A stretch of DNA of 53,290 bases, the filler included, from Jimgerdemannia flammicorona (Eukaryota), in the NCBI GenBank assembly GCA_003990765.1. It is 3 parts of 3 records of this genome, joined end to end, with 100 filler letters (N's around TTAATTAATTAA, not from the genome) between each part and the next. Parts side by side here need not be neighbours in the genome. Positions count along the whole stretch, not along the records: positions 35,596 to 53,290 come from RBNJ01002448.1; 2 more parts are not named here. The stretch is one strand, 5' to 3'. This document shows positions 35,696-48,589 of this stretch, one piece after another. The translations under genes and the position numbers were made by a program. The notes under the pieces are model-generated. The model was not told the DNA's origin. It worked only from the letters and a program-made list of their open reading frames with translations, and did no database searches. Every line of letters starts with the position of its first letter. Position 1 is the stretch's first letter.

Positions 35696-38600
35696 TCAGC
35701 CAACTCCTTCCTTCCATTGCACCCCACTATCATCTAACACCAGAAACCCTCAACTCTGCAGTACAATGTCTTGTACTTTCTTCACTGCCCCCAACTTCTG
35801 ATGTCTCCCCTGATACCACCAACCCTGTACTACTTCCTGCACCAGCCAATGCCATCGCTCAACCAGGTCCCCAATTCCCTTCCAACATTCACCTTCAAAG
35901 ACCCATCGCCAGTGTGCTACCATTAAGACCCACACTCCTAAGATCTGCCCGACACCTCCCCAAATGTCCCCAACATCTCCCACCAGTCTCCTCCAGATGA
36001 CGACACTAACTGGCTCTCCCAGCCTCCTTTGATCCGAACTCCAATATTCCTCCAACATCTGCCAATACCCCTCCACCCCTGGACAGGCCCCCAAGACATA
36101 CTCTGGGGTCTGAACCACTTCTCCAGAAATCTCCGCACACCATTCACAATCCCTGCATCCATCAGTCACTATCCACCCTGTCCAATAGTTTAACATTACA
36201 TTCCTTCTCATGAACCTCCACCAAACTACCCAATACCAAGGAGGTACCACCTTATTCAAGATGGTGGCCCATCCCTAGATTCTACCCCATTTCCATGTCT
36301 TGCCAATACCAGCTGTCTGCCATCCTACTGGCCACCGCTCAAGAGGGCCTGATCTGGCCCATTCCATCGCCTCAACCAGAGAATAATCCTTCAGCTCCTT
36401 CCCTCCCACCCTAAGTAATTCGAGTTGCCACCACTGCTGCTCAGGGTCCACCTCCTCCTCTATCACCTCCACCTCCGGCCCCATCAGGCCCATCGTAAGC
36501 CAGGCCTCAATGATGCCCCACCAGAACCCTTTGAACCGTATCCTCCCCACAGATCTGATCTGAAGTAGCCCTCGCAAATCCTTCCTCTCTGCACTCTGGG
36601 GGCAGAACCTGATCTCCCAATTGTCCATTGCTAATCTGCCCCAGCTCTCTTCCCCTAGCTCCACTAGTCGGTGACCCCACCAGCCCCACAGTGCCTTCAA
36701 CCTTCGCCGAAAGTCCACCAACCCCAAACCACCATCAGCAATTGGCAGCACCAATGCATCCCATCCAATCTGCAGCCGTCTACCCTTCCAGAGCCACCCT
36801 TCCATAGCCTTCTTGAGATGCCGCACCACCCAATCAGGAAAATTGAGGTGGTAACCCAGGTACCACAGCTTCGGCAGCCAGTATTCATTCAGAACCACCA
36901 CTTTTCCTACTAGAGAAAAGTTTCAACCAGCCCAGCCCGTCAACACTCCTTCCCATTTTTGTACCATAGAACTCCACCACTCCTTTGGCAGAACTGTCCT
37001 GAACACTGAAAACCATATCCCTAAGCATCTGACTGCCTCCCCCTTAGGCACCACTCGTCCAAGCCCTGCTACCCCTAAGCCTGTGCCAAGCTCTAAGGTT
37101 TCACACTTCCCCCAATTCAACTTTGCACCCGCCAACCCTTCATACTGTTCGATTCCTTCTTGCAAAATGTCCACATCCTCTATGCTACCAAGCCCTACCA
37201 CCATGTTGTCCGCAAAGGCCCCCAGCTTCCAAACCACCTCACCTATATGCAGTCCATTCAGCCTTTCTCTCAGCCATGCCAGCACCAGTTCTAGTGAGAG
37301 GATATAGAGAAGTGGCGAAAGTGGGTCCCCTTGCAGAACCCCTCTTCCTAAAGAAAACTCTGGGCCACTCCAGCCATTCATCAGTACTGCCCCTCGATAG
37401 CCTCGCACCAACCCTATCAACCATCTAACCTCTTTCTGCTTAAAGCCAACTTTCTGGAGAATCGCTTCTAGGTAGCACCACCACACCCTGTCATAGGCCT
37501 TCTCTTGATCCAAAAAGACCATCCTCCCATCAATCTGCCTACTTCTACAGCCTTCCAAAACGTTTTGCACCCAGGCAGTACTGTCTCTGATCTGCCGGCC
37601 CTTCACAAAGCCCCTCTGTTCCTCCCCTACCAATCTTCCAATCCACTGCTGCAACCTCCCTGCTAAGATTTTCGAGACTAGCTTCCTGTCGACGTTTAGC
37701 AGCATAATTAGCTGCCAGTTGCACCACTCCCTCCTGTCACCTTTCTCCTTATACAACAAAGACACCAGACCTAAACTTCCATTCCCAATCCACCATCCTT
37801 TCTCTAGTATGAAATTAACCATTTCAACAAGCCAAGCTCCAAATTCTATCTTAAACTCCTTCCAAAATTCCCAAGGGAGGCCATCCTCCCCTGGTGAGGA
37901 ACCACTCGGCACCTTCTGCAGAACCTCCAACACCTCCTCCAAAGACACTCTGCCAAACACTGATGCTCCAATCTCCAGTTGTGGCACCACTGGCCAGTTA
38001 TGTACTAGAGGAGCCTCTGCAACCTCCTCTACTCCAACACCTCCACCCATATCATCATCACTCCAAAGGGTCTGCCATTGCCCTGAGATCTCCTCCAACA
38101 TATCTGCTACACTGGTAACCTTGACACCATCTTCTCGCAAAACTGAAGACCAGCTACATATGTCTAACATTCCTCACTTTCAAGATACCAGATAAGTACT
38201 TAGTTGGCCTTTCACCCTCTTCCAGTCGTCTAGCCCTTAGGCGCGCCAGGAGCCCATCCACAACTCGATCCTTGGCCTCTCTCAAGGTTGCCTGTAGGTC
38301 AACTACCTCTCTGGCGAGTTGTCTCTTCCTCTCTTCTGCTAGTGAACCATCTTCCAATAGCTTCAGCCACTGCTGCAATCCCCTTTCAACTCTCCTCTCC
38401 CTGTCCTTTTGCTCCTTTCCAGCCACTTCCCCAGTGTCTCTCCAATATGCGCCAGCAAGGTGTTTGAATCTGCCCCACCAATCCACAATAGGTAGACCCC
38501 CAGCCACCCAACGCTCTACTTCCTGTCGGGCCATGTATACAAATTGCTCCCATTCTGCCAGATGCCGGAGCAGTGCCACATTGAGACACCAGTGCCCACC

Positions 38601-39338
38601 TCCCCCATTAACAGCCCAGAATCTCCCACTCACCTCCACTCCCCAATGGTCCGACCATGGGCACTACCGTACACCGACCATATCGAAAACATTACCCCAA
38701 TGTTCAGCTACCAACACCCAGTCAATCCATGTACCAACCATCCCATTGTCTATAGAATGCCACCTGGTAAAGGGGCCTGACCCATCTCCTGCCCTCAATC
38801 GGACCCCATCCACCAATTCCATCCCCTTCTCCACCTGAAGCCACTGAGATAGCCCTAGAGAGACCGCTACCCCAGCCCCGCCATCAGACCGATCTAGTGC
38901 ATGGTCTCTAACCATGTTAAAGTCACCCCCCAAAATGTCCAACTCTAAAGCCGCCCAATTCTCCCAAGCCAGCCACTCCTCCACTCATTGCTTTCGCTCT
39001 CTGCCAACTGCTGGCAAATATACTAAACCAATGAAAAGTCCATCTCCTTTCCCTCCCTTTAACCTCCCCCACACCAGTCGATCACCATAACCTTCTACAT
39101 CAACTAACTCCCCCTTCCCAACTCTAACCAGAATACCAACTTGTTTACTCCAACCTGTATTCCCAAACCATTCCTGACTCCACAATTCATAGTCCTCCTC
39201 CCCATAGGCCCGAATATCTTGAAGAAATACCACATCATACTGTCAGACCTTCAACCATCGAAAGAGATGCCTCTGCTTCACACCATCTCGCAAGCCATTG
39301 ACATTGATAGACAGAATTTGTAGGTCGTACTTCATCAT
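35696..39338 (-). pseudogene. LINE ORF2 (APE endonuclease, RT, zinc finger); a few stops and one frameshift near 38165
   Basis: MMKYDLQILSINVNGLRD, FLQD, GGDFN, WIDW, SDH, SPGEDG, LDQEKAYDRV, QGDPLSPLLY, FADN, CEWC. Confidence 0.92.
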
Positions 39339-39344
39339 GAAAAA

Positions 39345-41220
39345 TTTGGAGTTTAGATATCAGCTGTCACTGCCGCCACCTTCACTGCTCTGCCCTTAAT
39401 GATGTCTCGACGCTTCTCACAGACTGCTCACCAAATCCTTTCACCATTGACACTGCTGCAGAAGCAGTCCACTCGCTTGGATGCCACCTTACGGATATCT
39501 GCCATTCGGTCATCATCCACCTCATACCCTTCATCCTCTAGCAGGGCTGCCACCATTGCAGCCACCAGCTTCGGTCCCTGCATTGCCACCTTGAGAAACC
39601 CTTCCCATGCCTCCGGAGAACCCTGAAACACATCCACTTCCTTAATGTCGTCCTCTGCCAGTTCCTCCAGAACTGCCTGGAACCAACCATCGGCCACCAT
39701 TGCCATTGGCCCTGGAGTCGTGGGCCTGGGAGTCCGGCAAAGCTCCTGAAGCAGCTCTCTATCTGCAGAAACATCTGAAGCGACATCCACCAGCTCATCC
39801 TCTTCAGAGACCTTATCCAGCCGCACCACCTCCCCTGCTTCTGGACATTCCCAGTGCACATTCGCTGACCTAGCCATCACCATGTCTTCCATTGGAGTTT
39901 CGGGAACCACCTCAACATTTTCTTCGAAGCCCTCTCCTCTCTCTTCCTCTCCATCTGCCCACTTCTCTGTCACAGGTGCATGCGCAGATTCCTCTACTCC
40001 CCCCAGCTGCAAGAAGGACACCTCCGCCACCTCCACTCCTTCCATTTAATTCCTGTCAGATGCCACCCTTTCAACCTCCTCCTCCTCAGAAGCATGCAGC
40101 ACTGCCTGCAGCCGCTCCCAGTTTGCTCTATGCCAACACTTCCTCTTGCCATCTGTTTCGATCCAGATCCAATCCTTAGCAACTTCCTCTTATTTCCTTT
40201 TCTGCAAGGCCTTTGCCTCATCACGCTCCTCAAGGGCTATCAGCAGCTCCTCCTCTTCCTGCTCAGAGCCTTTCCTTCTCCAGACCCAGCAATTCTGCTC
40301 CCCAACACGAATGATCTCTGGTCAATCTCGCCCCAGGCCCATTGTCTCCTTTCCCTCCAGCCACACCATCGCCTCACAATTACCATTCCTCAACTTTGTG
40401 CCCTTCCAAAACATGAATCTGAAATCAACCATCTCACCAAAGCCTTCCAGAGCCTTAGCAACCACCATCTTAGTCTCCTGCCTGCTCAGTGTTGGCAATC
40501 CTTCTACCACCAACCTCACCACATGTGGGTCCTATTGCAAGCACCTCACCATCCCCACCTTAACATTCTTGACCATCAACCCTTTCTCCAAGGCCTTCAC
40601 CATAGCCTCCTCTTCAACGAATCCGACCTCGACTGCCTCAGCCAAGGGGATAAACCTCAGTGACTCAGCCCCTGCTACCTCCTCACCCACCAGTCATAGA
40701 ACTTCCTTGGCTGACAGACCAAGGCCCAAGAAGTTGGCAGAGACTGCCCACAATGACACTAACTTGTGAAAAAATGGTCGCACCACAAGCTCTCCAGTTC
40801 TTGCTGCCAGAGTCGCCTTGTTCTTGCTACCTGAAACACTAGCTACTATCTCGCTAGGAGCTACTGCGCCACTAGCAGTCCTACTCCCAGCCACTGGCCC
40901 AGCTCCAGGAAAGCCAGTTCTGCCGTCACACCCCTGGACCCCTGACCCCTGCTGGGCCCCTGACCAGTCAGCTGACCAGTCACCTGACATCCACCCCTGT
41001 CAATACTATGCCCCTGCTGCCCCCCAACTATAGGCCTAGCGACCGCCCGCTTACTCCCCACCACCGTGTGCTAGCCACCCACTCCTGCCACTGATCTACG
41101 GCCTCCTGCTTGCCCTCCTGCCCCACCTTGACCCACTGCCACTGCAAAACTCTTGGGGAGGCCTAGGCCAGGCCTCCTCCTCTCCAGGCGCTCCGAGCTT
41201 GATGAGTCTTGAGTCGCCAT
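39345..41220 (-). pseudogene. LINE ORF1 remnant (low-complexity N-terminus, RRM-like core, acidic C-terminus)
   Basis: Fragments 40694-40990, 40322-40522 and 39428-40045 share one frame and match ORF1 pieces in the other LINE copies. Confidence 0.75.
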
Positions 41221-41404
41221 ACCACGGAAACTTGACGGATTTTGAAGAAACTTGCTGTGAATTGTTGCCAGACTTCTGCCGCACCTTGCACACCAGTATG
41301 GACGAAATGAAAACTTGAAAACGCGTTGCTTTTTGCAAAAGGTTACCTGTGTGGCTTAGCTCTCTCTGAATGGTTTGAGTAAAGGAAGTCTCTCCAAGTT
41401 CCCC

Positions 41405-42096
41405 AGATAGCTTAGTAGTTATAGTATAGTTATATTAGCCTTATATGATGTAACTGTGAACTGACTCAGTAGTCAGACAATCCCTTGATATATCAGATCA
41501 AACTTGTACTATGTGACTGTATTCTGACTCAGCAAGGCACTAAGTACTATATCTATATTCAGTATAGCTCAGATAGCCTCTCACTAGTATAAATACCCCC
41601 TCTCTCAGACCTCAGAATCTCAGACTTAAATAGACTTGAACATATGAACAATTCAAATACAACTCTTGAGCACTTCCCTATAATATCCTTTCACACAACT
41701 ACTCCTAGTATAGCAATATCATAAATAGCAAATAAACTTATTTAATAAACTATAAACCACTCTTAAGTAAATCCACTCCCTGTTAGGTCCCACTCCTAAC
41801 CCCATTACAAAATTTCCTAATTGGGTATTGTCTGCAGTGATATGCTGATTCAACTAAACTGGCTTTAGTTTTTTAAACTTCCTGAAATTTAGAAAATCCT
41901 GAATATCCAGAACTAGTCCAAAAAGGAACTTTGGTTGAGATATCAACCCAATCTTGAAATCAATAAGTATAGAGAATGTACTCCATATGAAATTGATCTT
42001 AACCTTAAGAAAAATGATTTTTCAGAATATCCAGAACTTCCAGAAAACTCTTCCAGAACTACATAATGGTTATCCTAAAAAAGCAACCCTCTTACA
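41405..42096 (+). repeat. 5' LTR of Gypsy C (3' 692 bp only; truncated by LINE-4)
   Basis: Aligns with 49984-50674. TATAAATA at 41588-41595, AATAAA at about 41731 and 41744, ends CTTACA before the PBS. Confidence 0.92.
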
Positions 42097-42099
42097 ACT

Positions 42100-42111
42100 T
42101 GATAGCAGCAG
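42100..42111 (+). promoter_or_regulatory. Primer-binding site, probably for initiator tRNA-Met
   Basis: TGATAGCAGCAG lies 3 nt after the LTR end; the derivative copy reads TGGTAGTAGTGG. The reconstructed TGGTAGCAGCGG fits a tRNA ending ...GCUACCA. Confidence 0.7.
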
Positions 42112-44122
42112 TTTACAATTCAATTTCACTTCAAGATGCTTCCTCACCCCACTACAAACCCCTCTGAGAATTTCTATAAGTTGGTATAAAGCCCAACCTC
42201 TAAACTGGAATTCATCCCAAACCATCTGACAATCTGGAGAGAATTGAACCTGATGTATAAGGACAATTTGACCTCTGCACCTGTAACAAGTGGGACAAAT
42301 GTCATTCAAAGAAAGAAGTACTCCATTAAATCAGCAAATAGATGAAACCCTATTTACTAAACTCCTTGCTCTACACCCAGTAAGTCAAGACAAAGAAGGT
42401 CTTATAGAAGCCTTCTTTACTCTTCTCAATAAGAGTTTTGTTAGCTCCACAAATCTAAGCAATCTAGAATAACTAGCAGCAGTCTTTCTAGCCTTAGTTC
42501 CTTATAAAGCCCAAGCCTCTGTAGCCAAGTGGCTCAACTCTACTGACTTCTACTGAACAAGAACTAAGACCACCTTATACTACTACTTCCAGAATTGTAA
42601 GGCTCACCATATTCTTAAGGAAGAAGCAAGGGAAACTCTCCATCAATAACCTGACTCTAAACCTGAAGCAGGCCCAGCTATAGCTCTACCTGAACCTGAA
42701 ACCAACACTGAACCAGAACTTGACTTTGAATTAAGTCCATCTGAAATCAGATATATAACTGATCCTATCTACTTTGATGTTGAGCAAACCCAATTACATG
42801 GGGACCAAACTGAAGAGGAGAAGGAGTATCTCAGTGAATTTGATTCTGGATATACCATAGAAGGAGATGCACCTCCATCAGAACAGAATACACCTACACA
42901 GCAACAGACTGCTATCTATCAAGCCCTTACTTCAGACCTACAACTACTACTCCAGCAACTTACACAAACTCAAAGAACACCCTCACACTCTGTACCAGTA
43001 CCTTAAGTAGTACTAGTAACACTACTACCAGCAGTCCAACTGCCTTCAGTAAACAATATGGCAAACCAACAGATTCTAGACCTCACAGCCCAGATAGCCA
43101 TAATGGCAGCAACCATCACTACCTTAGCCGAACAGACCCAACCAACTAAAAATCTAAGTCTACCTACCTTCAATAGTACTGCACAAGAAGTTCAAAGCTT
43201 TATCAGTATAGTTGATACCAACTTCGAAGCCAACCAATGGACCAACAAGTGAGTTGCTGACTGCCTTCTAACAAACAATCAAGACTATACTCTAGAACAA
43301 CTCTTTGCTACTACTACAGCCTATGTCTACTGAGTTGTTACATTCTTCCAAGAACCTGCTGAAGAATGGTGGCAAACCCTTTCTGGAAAATCTCTCACAT
43401 GGGACACCCAACCTGCAGTAGTTGCCCAGAATGCAGAAAATAATGCCCCAGAATATGGAGCCCATCCTGCAGCCCCTGGACTCAAACAACTCATGATTGC
43501 TCAATACTATAACAAAACCATAATTGCTGAATCTTGAGTTAAACTCTGCAACCTCAAATTTGATGTACATGGTAAGGAGGAATTCAAAACCTTCTGTACA
43601 AAACTCGAGTCACTCCTGAACACTGTTGGCCTAGGATATATTGCCAATGATAAAGTGCAAAATAGTACAAAAGCAGACTATTTATTCAATACACTACCTG
43701 AATGGCTTATTAGAAAAATCTGAGAACAAGGCTGCCCATTTGGTTGTAATTACTAACAATAGTGTCTAGCAAGAATCAAGATCATAGTCAAGTGAATTCT
43801 AACAGCTGGACTAATTCTGCCCCAAAGACAATTCAACAACAAGGAAAAGACTTAGACTAAGAAAGAAGAACCCAAGCATGAAACATCCTGAGCTCCCTCT
43901 ACATCTACCTCATGGACCTCTAGAAATCATAAACCCACCCAGCTGAGTACCTTCAAGAAACTCACTGAAGGAGAAAGAAATAAACTTTGAAGAAGTGGAG
44001 TATACTTCTATTGCCAAAAGACAGGACACATGGCCAGTGCCTGCCCTAACCAAAAACCTCAAACAGTAATACAAACAACTGTCACTATTCTGCACCACCT
44101 CAATAACCTAACTACCAGAATA

Positions 44123-44530
44123 CTGAACTTTGTGAAGTTAAGGCAAACTGCCAAGGCCCCAACCAAAGGAAGTCAAAAAGCAGCAGGATATAACCTGTAT
44201 ACAGCTAAAGAAGCTATAGTCTCCAACCAAGAAGTCAAGCAAGTCTATACAGGAATCAGTATCCAAATCTCTGAAGGATATATTGGAAGGATATGCTATC
44301 ACAGCAGCCTAGCATTGAAAGAACACTCAGTAGAAGGAGGAGTCATTGACAAAGATTACACAGGCAAAATTATTATCCTTATCTGAAACTATAGTTGGAC
44401 ACTCTTCAAGATCTCTATTGGTTTCTATATCACACAGATCCTATTTGAGAAAATTGAGTCAACTCTGACAGTCAAGGAAGTCCCTGAACTACTGTCCACC
44501 ATCTAAGGATCCAAAGGATTTAGCTCATCA
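44123..44530 (+). pseudogene. dUTPase domain between the Gag zinc knuckle and the protease in Gypsy C
   Basis: AAGYNL, YHSSLA, GGVIDKDYTGKI, ITQI, *GSKGFSSS. Confidence 0.9.
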
Positions 44531-47500
44531 AACAAAGCTCCAGCCCAACCTACTATGAGCAAAGAAGAACAATTCTATAAGAAAATCGAAGATAGATATG
44601 TACCAAGTGGCTGATATTCCCATGGTATTAGAATATACTCTTTCTGAATGATCAATGATTGCTTCTTTTGTGTCAATGAACTGGCTCAAAGGAGAACCAA
44701 TAGATGGAAAGCTTCAAGTACTGAAATCACTACTATCAGATCAGAAAAACTGCTTCCACTTCAAGCTTTTATCAATCAAGCACTCATCAAGATCATGATA
44801 GACAGCAGTGCCTCAGGCAACTTCATCAATGAAGAAACAGCTAACAGACTCAAGGTCTTCACTTCTCTAGTACAACAGACTCAAGCAGTTGCCACAGCTG
44901 ATGGAACCTTGTATATTATTAGCAAGGAAGTCTGAAATCTACCCTTCCAAATTGGTGACTACTGAGTATATATTACTCTCCAGATTATACCACTTTCTTA
45001 CAATGAAATCATCCTTAGAACCCTATGATTAAAATAAGAGAACCCCATGATCAATTGGATAAACTATTCACTAACTATCAAGAAAGGATGCCATAACTTC
45101 AAACTGCAAGGTAAAAGGGACCTACTCAGTTCTAGTGACTCTGGACCAAAGATTACTTATATCAATAAGCTACAGCTCAAGAAATTGGCCAAGAAATGTC
45201 CTCTCTTTGCCATCCCCATCTGCCCATCCAAAGGAGAAGCTGAGAACTCTGAAGAAGACTTTTTCAAAGTTAACAGCCATTGAGATATATTTCCAAAGAA
45301 ACTCCTGAAAGACCTACCACCTAAATGAGCAGTAGACTATGTCATCAAGACCATCCCAGATGCCAAGCCAGCCTTCAAATCAATCTACCACATGTCTCTA
45401 AGAGAAATTGATGTACTCAAGAAGAAAATCAACAAACTCCTAGAACAAGGATTCATCAGACCCAGTGTATCACCCTATGGTGCACCAGTCCTCTTTGTTG
45501 TCAAGAAAGGAAGAGACCTGCAAATATATATTGATTACTAAGATCTCAATGAACAAACCATCAAGAACTGCTGCCCACTGCCTAGAATTGATGAAATATT
45601 CAATAGACTCACCAACCTGCAATTCATGAGCTCTTTTGATCTGCAAAATGACTATTGGCAAATTACTATGAAAGAAGAAGACATCTACAAAACAGCCTTC
45701 CGAACTCACAATGGACACTTTGAGTTCCTGGTTATGCCTTTTGGCTTAACTAATATCCCAGCAACCTTCTAGATACTGATGAATACCATTCTATACCCAT
45801 ATCTTGACAAATTTGTTGTTCTCTACATTGATGACATCCTAGTCTTCAGTAAAACCCTGGAGGAACATCTTGAATATCTTGAATTAGTACTACTGAAACT
45901 CCAAGAAAACTGACTCTTTGCAAAACTTAGCAAATGCAAATTTCTCCTGAAGGAAATTCAATTCCTTAGACATATTATCATACCAAATGAAATCAAAGTG
46001 GACCCCAGCAAAATCTCCACAATCAAGGATTGGTCCAGACCCAAGAAGCTGAAAGACCTCTAGTCATTCCTGGGATTAGCAAACTATTACAGATGATTTG
46101 TTGCCAACTTTGCCAAAATCACTATTACTCTTACCCAAATAACTAAGTACAATAAGAAAGGAGAACAGCCCTGGACCATGAAAAAAGAGAAAGACTTCAA
46201 CAATCTTATGAATTGGGGGCCTGAACAAGATACAGCCTTTCAAGTACTAAAAGATGCCTTGATAATCACTTCAGTACTTCAAGCAGCAAATCCTGCCCTA
46301 CCATATGAAGTTACTACTGATGTCTCTGATCTAGCTCTTGGAGCAGTGCTCATGCAAGAAGGACACCTAGTTGCCTATCACTCCTGTAAGTTCAATGATG
46401 CTGAAATCAACTATGCAACTTACAAGAAAGAAATGCTAGCCATTGTAGACACTCTGATCAAATAGCAATTATATTTAGAAGAAGTACACTTCACTGTATT
46501 GATTGACCACAAGTTATTAGTCAACATCAAGACCCAGGCTACTCTTTCTCAAAAGCAAGCCAGATGGATGAAAGTTCTCACCAATTTTGACTATGAAATC
46601 CAGTATCAGTCTGACAAGGAAAATATTGTTGCTGATGCAATCTCCAGACTACTAATCAAAGAAGTTATCCAAACCCTTACCTTGGTTATCAACACTATTA
46701 TGGAACAAATTATTGCAGCATGTGCTGATAATAAGGAAGCTCAAGTACTCTGAGAAATCCTGAGCAGTGATGATACCAATAAGTACACCCAGTACCATCA
46801 ATACTAACTGAAGGATAATGCTATCTACTATAAGGACAGATTGTATGTTCCAAACAACCAAGACCTCTAAAGGACTATCCTATTTGAATGTCATGATACC
46901 CCTATAGCTGGACATTTAGGATTTGACAAATGCTATGAAGTTATCTCCTAGAACTTCTATTGGTCCTGTATGGCAGATCAGCTCAAAACCTACATCACTT
47001 CCTGTGATACCTGCCAATACAACATGTCCTCAACACTAGCAAAACCTGGCCTACTCCACCCTATCCCAGTACTATCTGCTAATTGGGAACAAATCTCGAT
47101 GGATTTCATTGTACAACTACCCTGAACCAAGAATGGGAAGAATACAATTGTTGTTTTTGTGGACTATCTCAGTAAGCAAGCCCACTTTGTACCAACTACT
47201 ACTACCACAATAGCACCAGACATAGCCACACTCTTGTTTGACAATATCTTCCACTATTATGGTCTTCCTAAGATCATTGTCAGTGATCAAGACCCAAAAT
47301 TCACCAGCCATTTTTGGAAAGCCCTCCATGTACACCTGAGAACAAAACTTGTACTATCTATAGCCTTTTACCCCAAAACTGATAGCCAAACTGAAAGAAT
47401 GAACCAAACTCTGGAACAAATGCTAAGGAATTATGTTTTCTATAAACAAGATGATTGACATGAATACCTCACCATAGTTGAGTTTACCTACAACAACAGC

Positions 47501-47994
47501 AAGCAAGCCTCTCTTAGAATAACCTCATTCTTTGCCAATACAGGACAAAACCCAAACACACCTCTGACACTTATCTGGACCACTGATGAACTCTCTACAG
47601 TCGAAGCTATTGAAGAATTCCTACTCCAAATGTACAATCTAAGCCAGATTGCCATCAAGAATTTATCACAATCCTAAGAACAACAGTCACAGTATGTTAA
47701 CTAATACCACCAAGAAGAAACTTTGATATTGGAGAAAAAGTTCTACTGGATATCTGAGGATACCAAGTTGACAACCTCAAGTACAGACCATCTACAAAGC
47801 TGAATAGTAAATTTATTGGGCCATTCAAAGTCATTGTACAAGTCTCTCCTACTTCATATAAATTGGTACTACCAGGTACTATTAAGATCCACCCAGTCTT
47901 TAATGTCCAATGTCTCAAGTGATACAATGAAAATGATGATGAACTGTTTTCAAACTGGATCACTAAACCACCTGCACCTGTTATTAATGATCAA

Positions 47995-48162
47995 GAAGAA
48001 TATGAAGTTGAACAAATCCTCAACAAATGCAGCCACAAGAACTATCCAGAATATCTTGTTAAATGGAAAGGCTATCTGATTCATAATGTAACATGGGAAC
48101 CTAAAACCAATCTACAGAATGCCACTGACTTAGTTCAGGAATATAATTTCTTAAACAACTAA
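47995..48162 (+). pseudogene. Chromodomain at the integrase C-terminus
   Basis: EEYEVEQILN...EYLVKWKGY...TWEPKTNL. Confidence 0.92.
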
Positions 48163-48575
48163 AACTATTCACTTAGTACCTATCAGTATATACTATATAT
48201 TATCCTCCTGAATATTATAATTATTATGAACAAAATCAAGAACTCAGCAAAGATAAGACAAAGAATATTGACCCTCTAGAAAAATAACAAAACTGAAAGC
48301 AAGCCTATTCTCTCCATATTACTTGTGGGAAACAAGATATAGACATTTAAGAAGATTTCTTAAAGGAAATTCTCCAGCAGTGAATGACATCAGAATCACT
48401 TCCAGTACATGGTATTGAACACATAACCCTTTAATATATAAATCCAATGTATTAGACAACTTTACTACAAGTATGCCACTTTCTGAAAAAATAGACTTCA
48501 TTGGACTTTTGACCTCCCAAATGATATAACAATACTAGAATAAATTAGAAGGCCCCGATGAGGACATCAAAAGCT

Positions 48576-48588
48576 AAGAAGGGGAGAG
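48576..48588 (+). promoter_or_regulatory. Polypurine tract of Gypsy C
   Basis: AAGAAGGGGAGAG, then T, then TGTAAG. Confidence 0.8.
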
Positions 48589-48589
48589 T

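Larger units (their letters stand above)
35596..41404 (-). mobile_element. Full-length L1/Tx1-like LINE, subfamily I (LINE-4), the least decayed full copy; inserted in the 5' LTR of Gypsy C
   Basis: The tail starts at the contig edge. The 5' end resembles LINE-1 (TGTGTGGCTTAGCT). Long ORF2 fragments survive and many CpGs are retained. The 5' boundary is approximate. Confidence 0.93.
42112..48162 (+). pseudogene. gag-pol polyprotein of Gypsy C (essentially one frame from about 42325 to 47700; start unresolved)
   Basis: GVYFYCQKTGHMASAC knuckle (about 43997-44044), dUTPase, protease IDSSAS, RT (SPYGAPVLFV, MPFGL, YIDD), RNase H (TDVS, EMLAIV, DH), integrase (H-x6-H...CDTC, SMDF, VSDQD, TERMN, GPF), chromodomain. 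Confidence 0.92.

Noticed and set aside
41954..42229. Recurrent MKSISIE ORFs (25149, 41954, 50533) as a multicopy gene
   Set aside because: They recur because they lie in the LTR end; starts are non-ATG and the frames diverge between copies.
48183..48575. Possible small ORF between the chromodomain and the PPT of Gypsy C (one frame contains PPEY)
   Set aside because: About nine stops in about 120 codons in that frame, competing frames look equally plausible, and there is no second copy to test.
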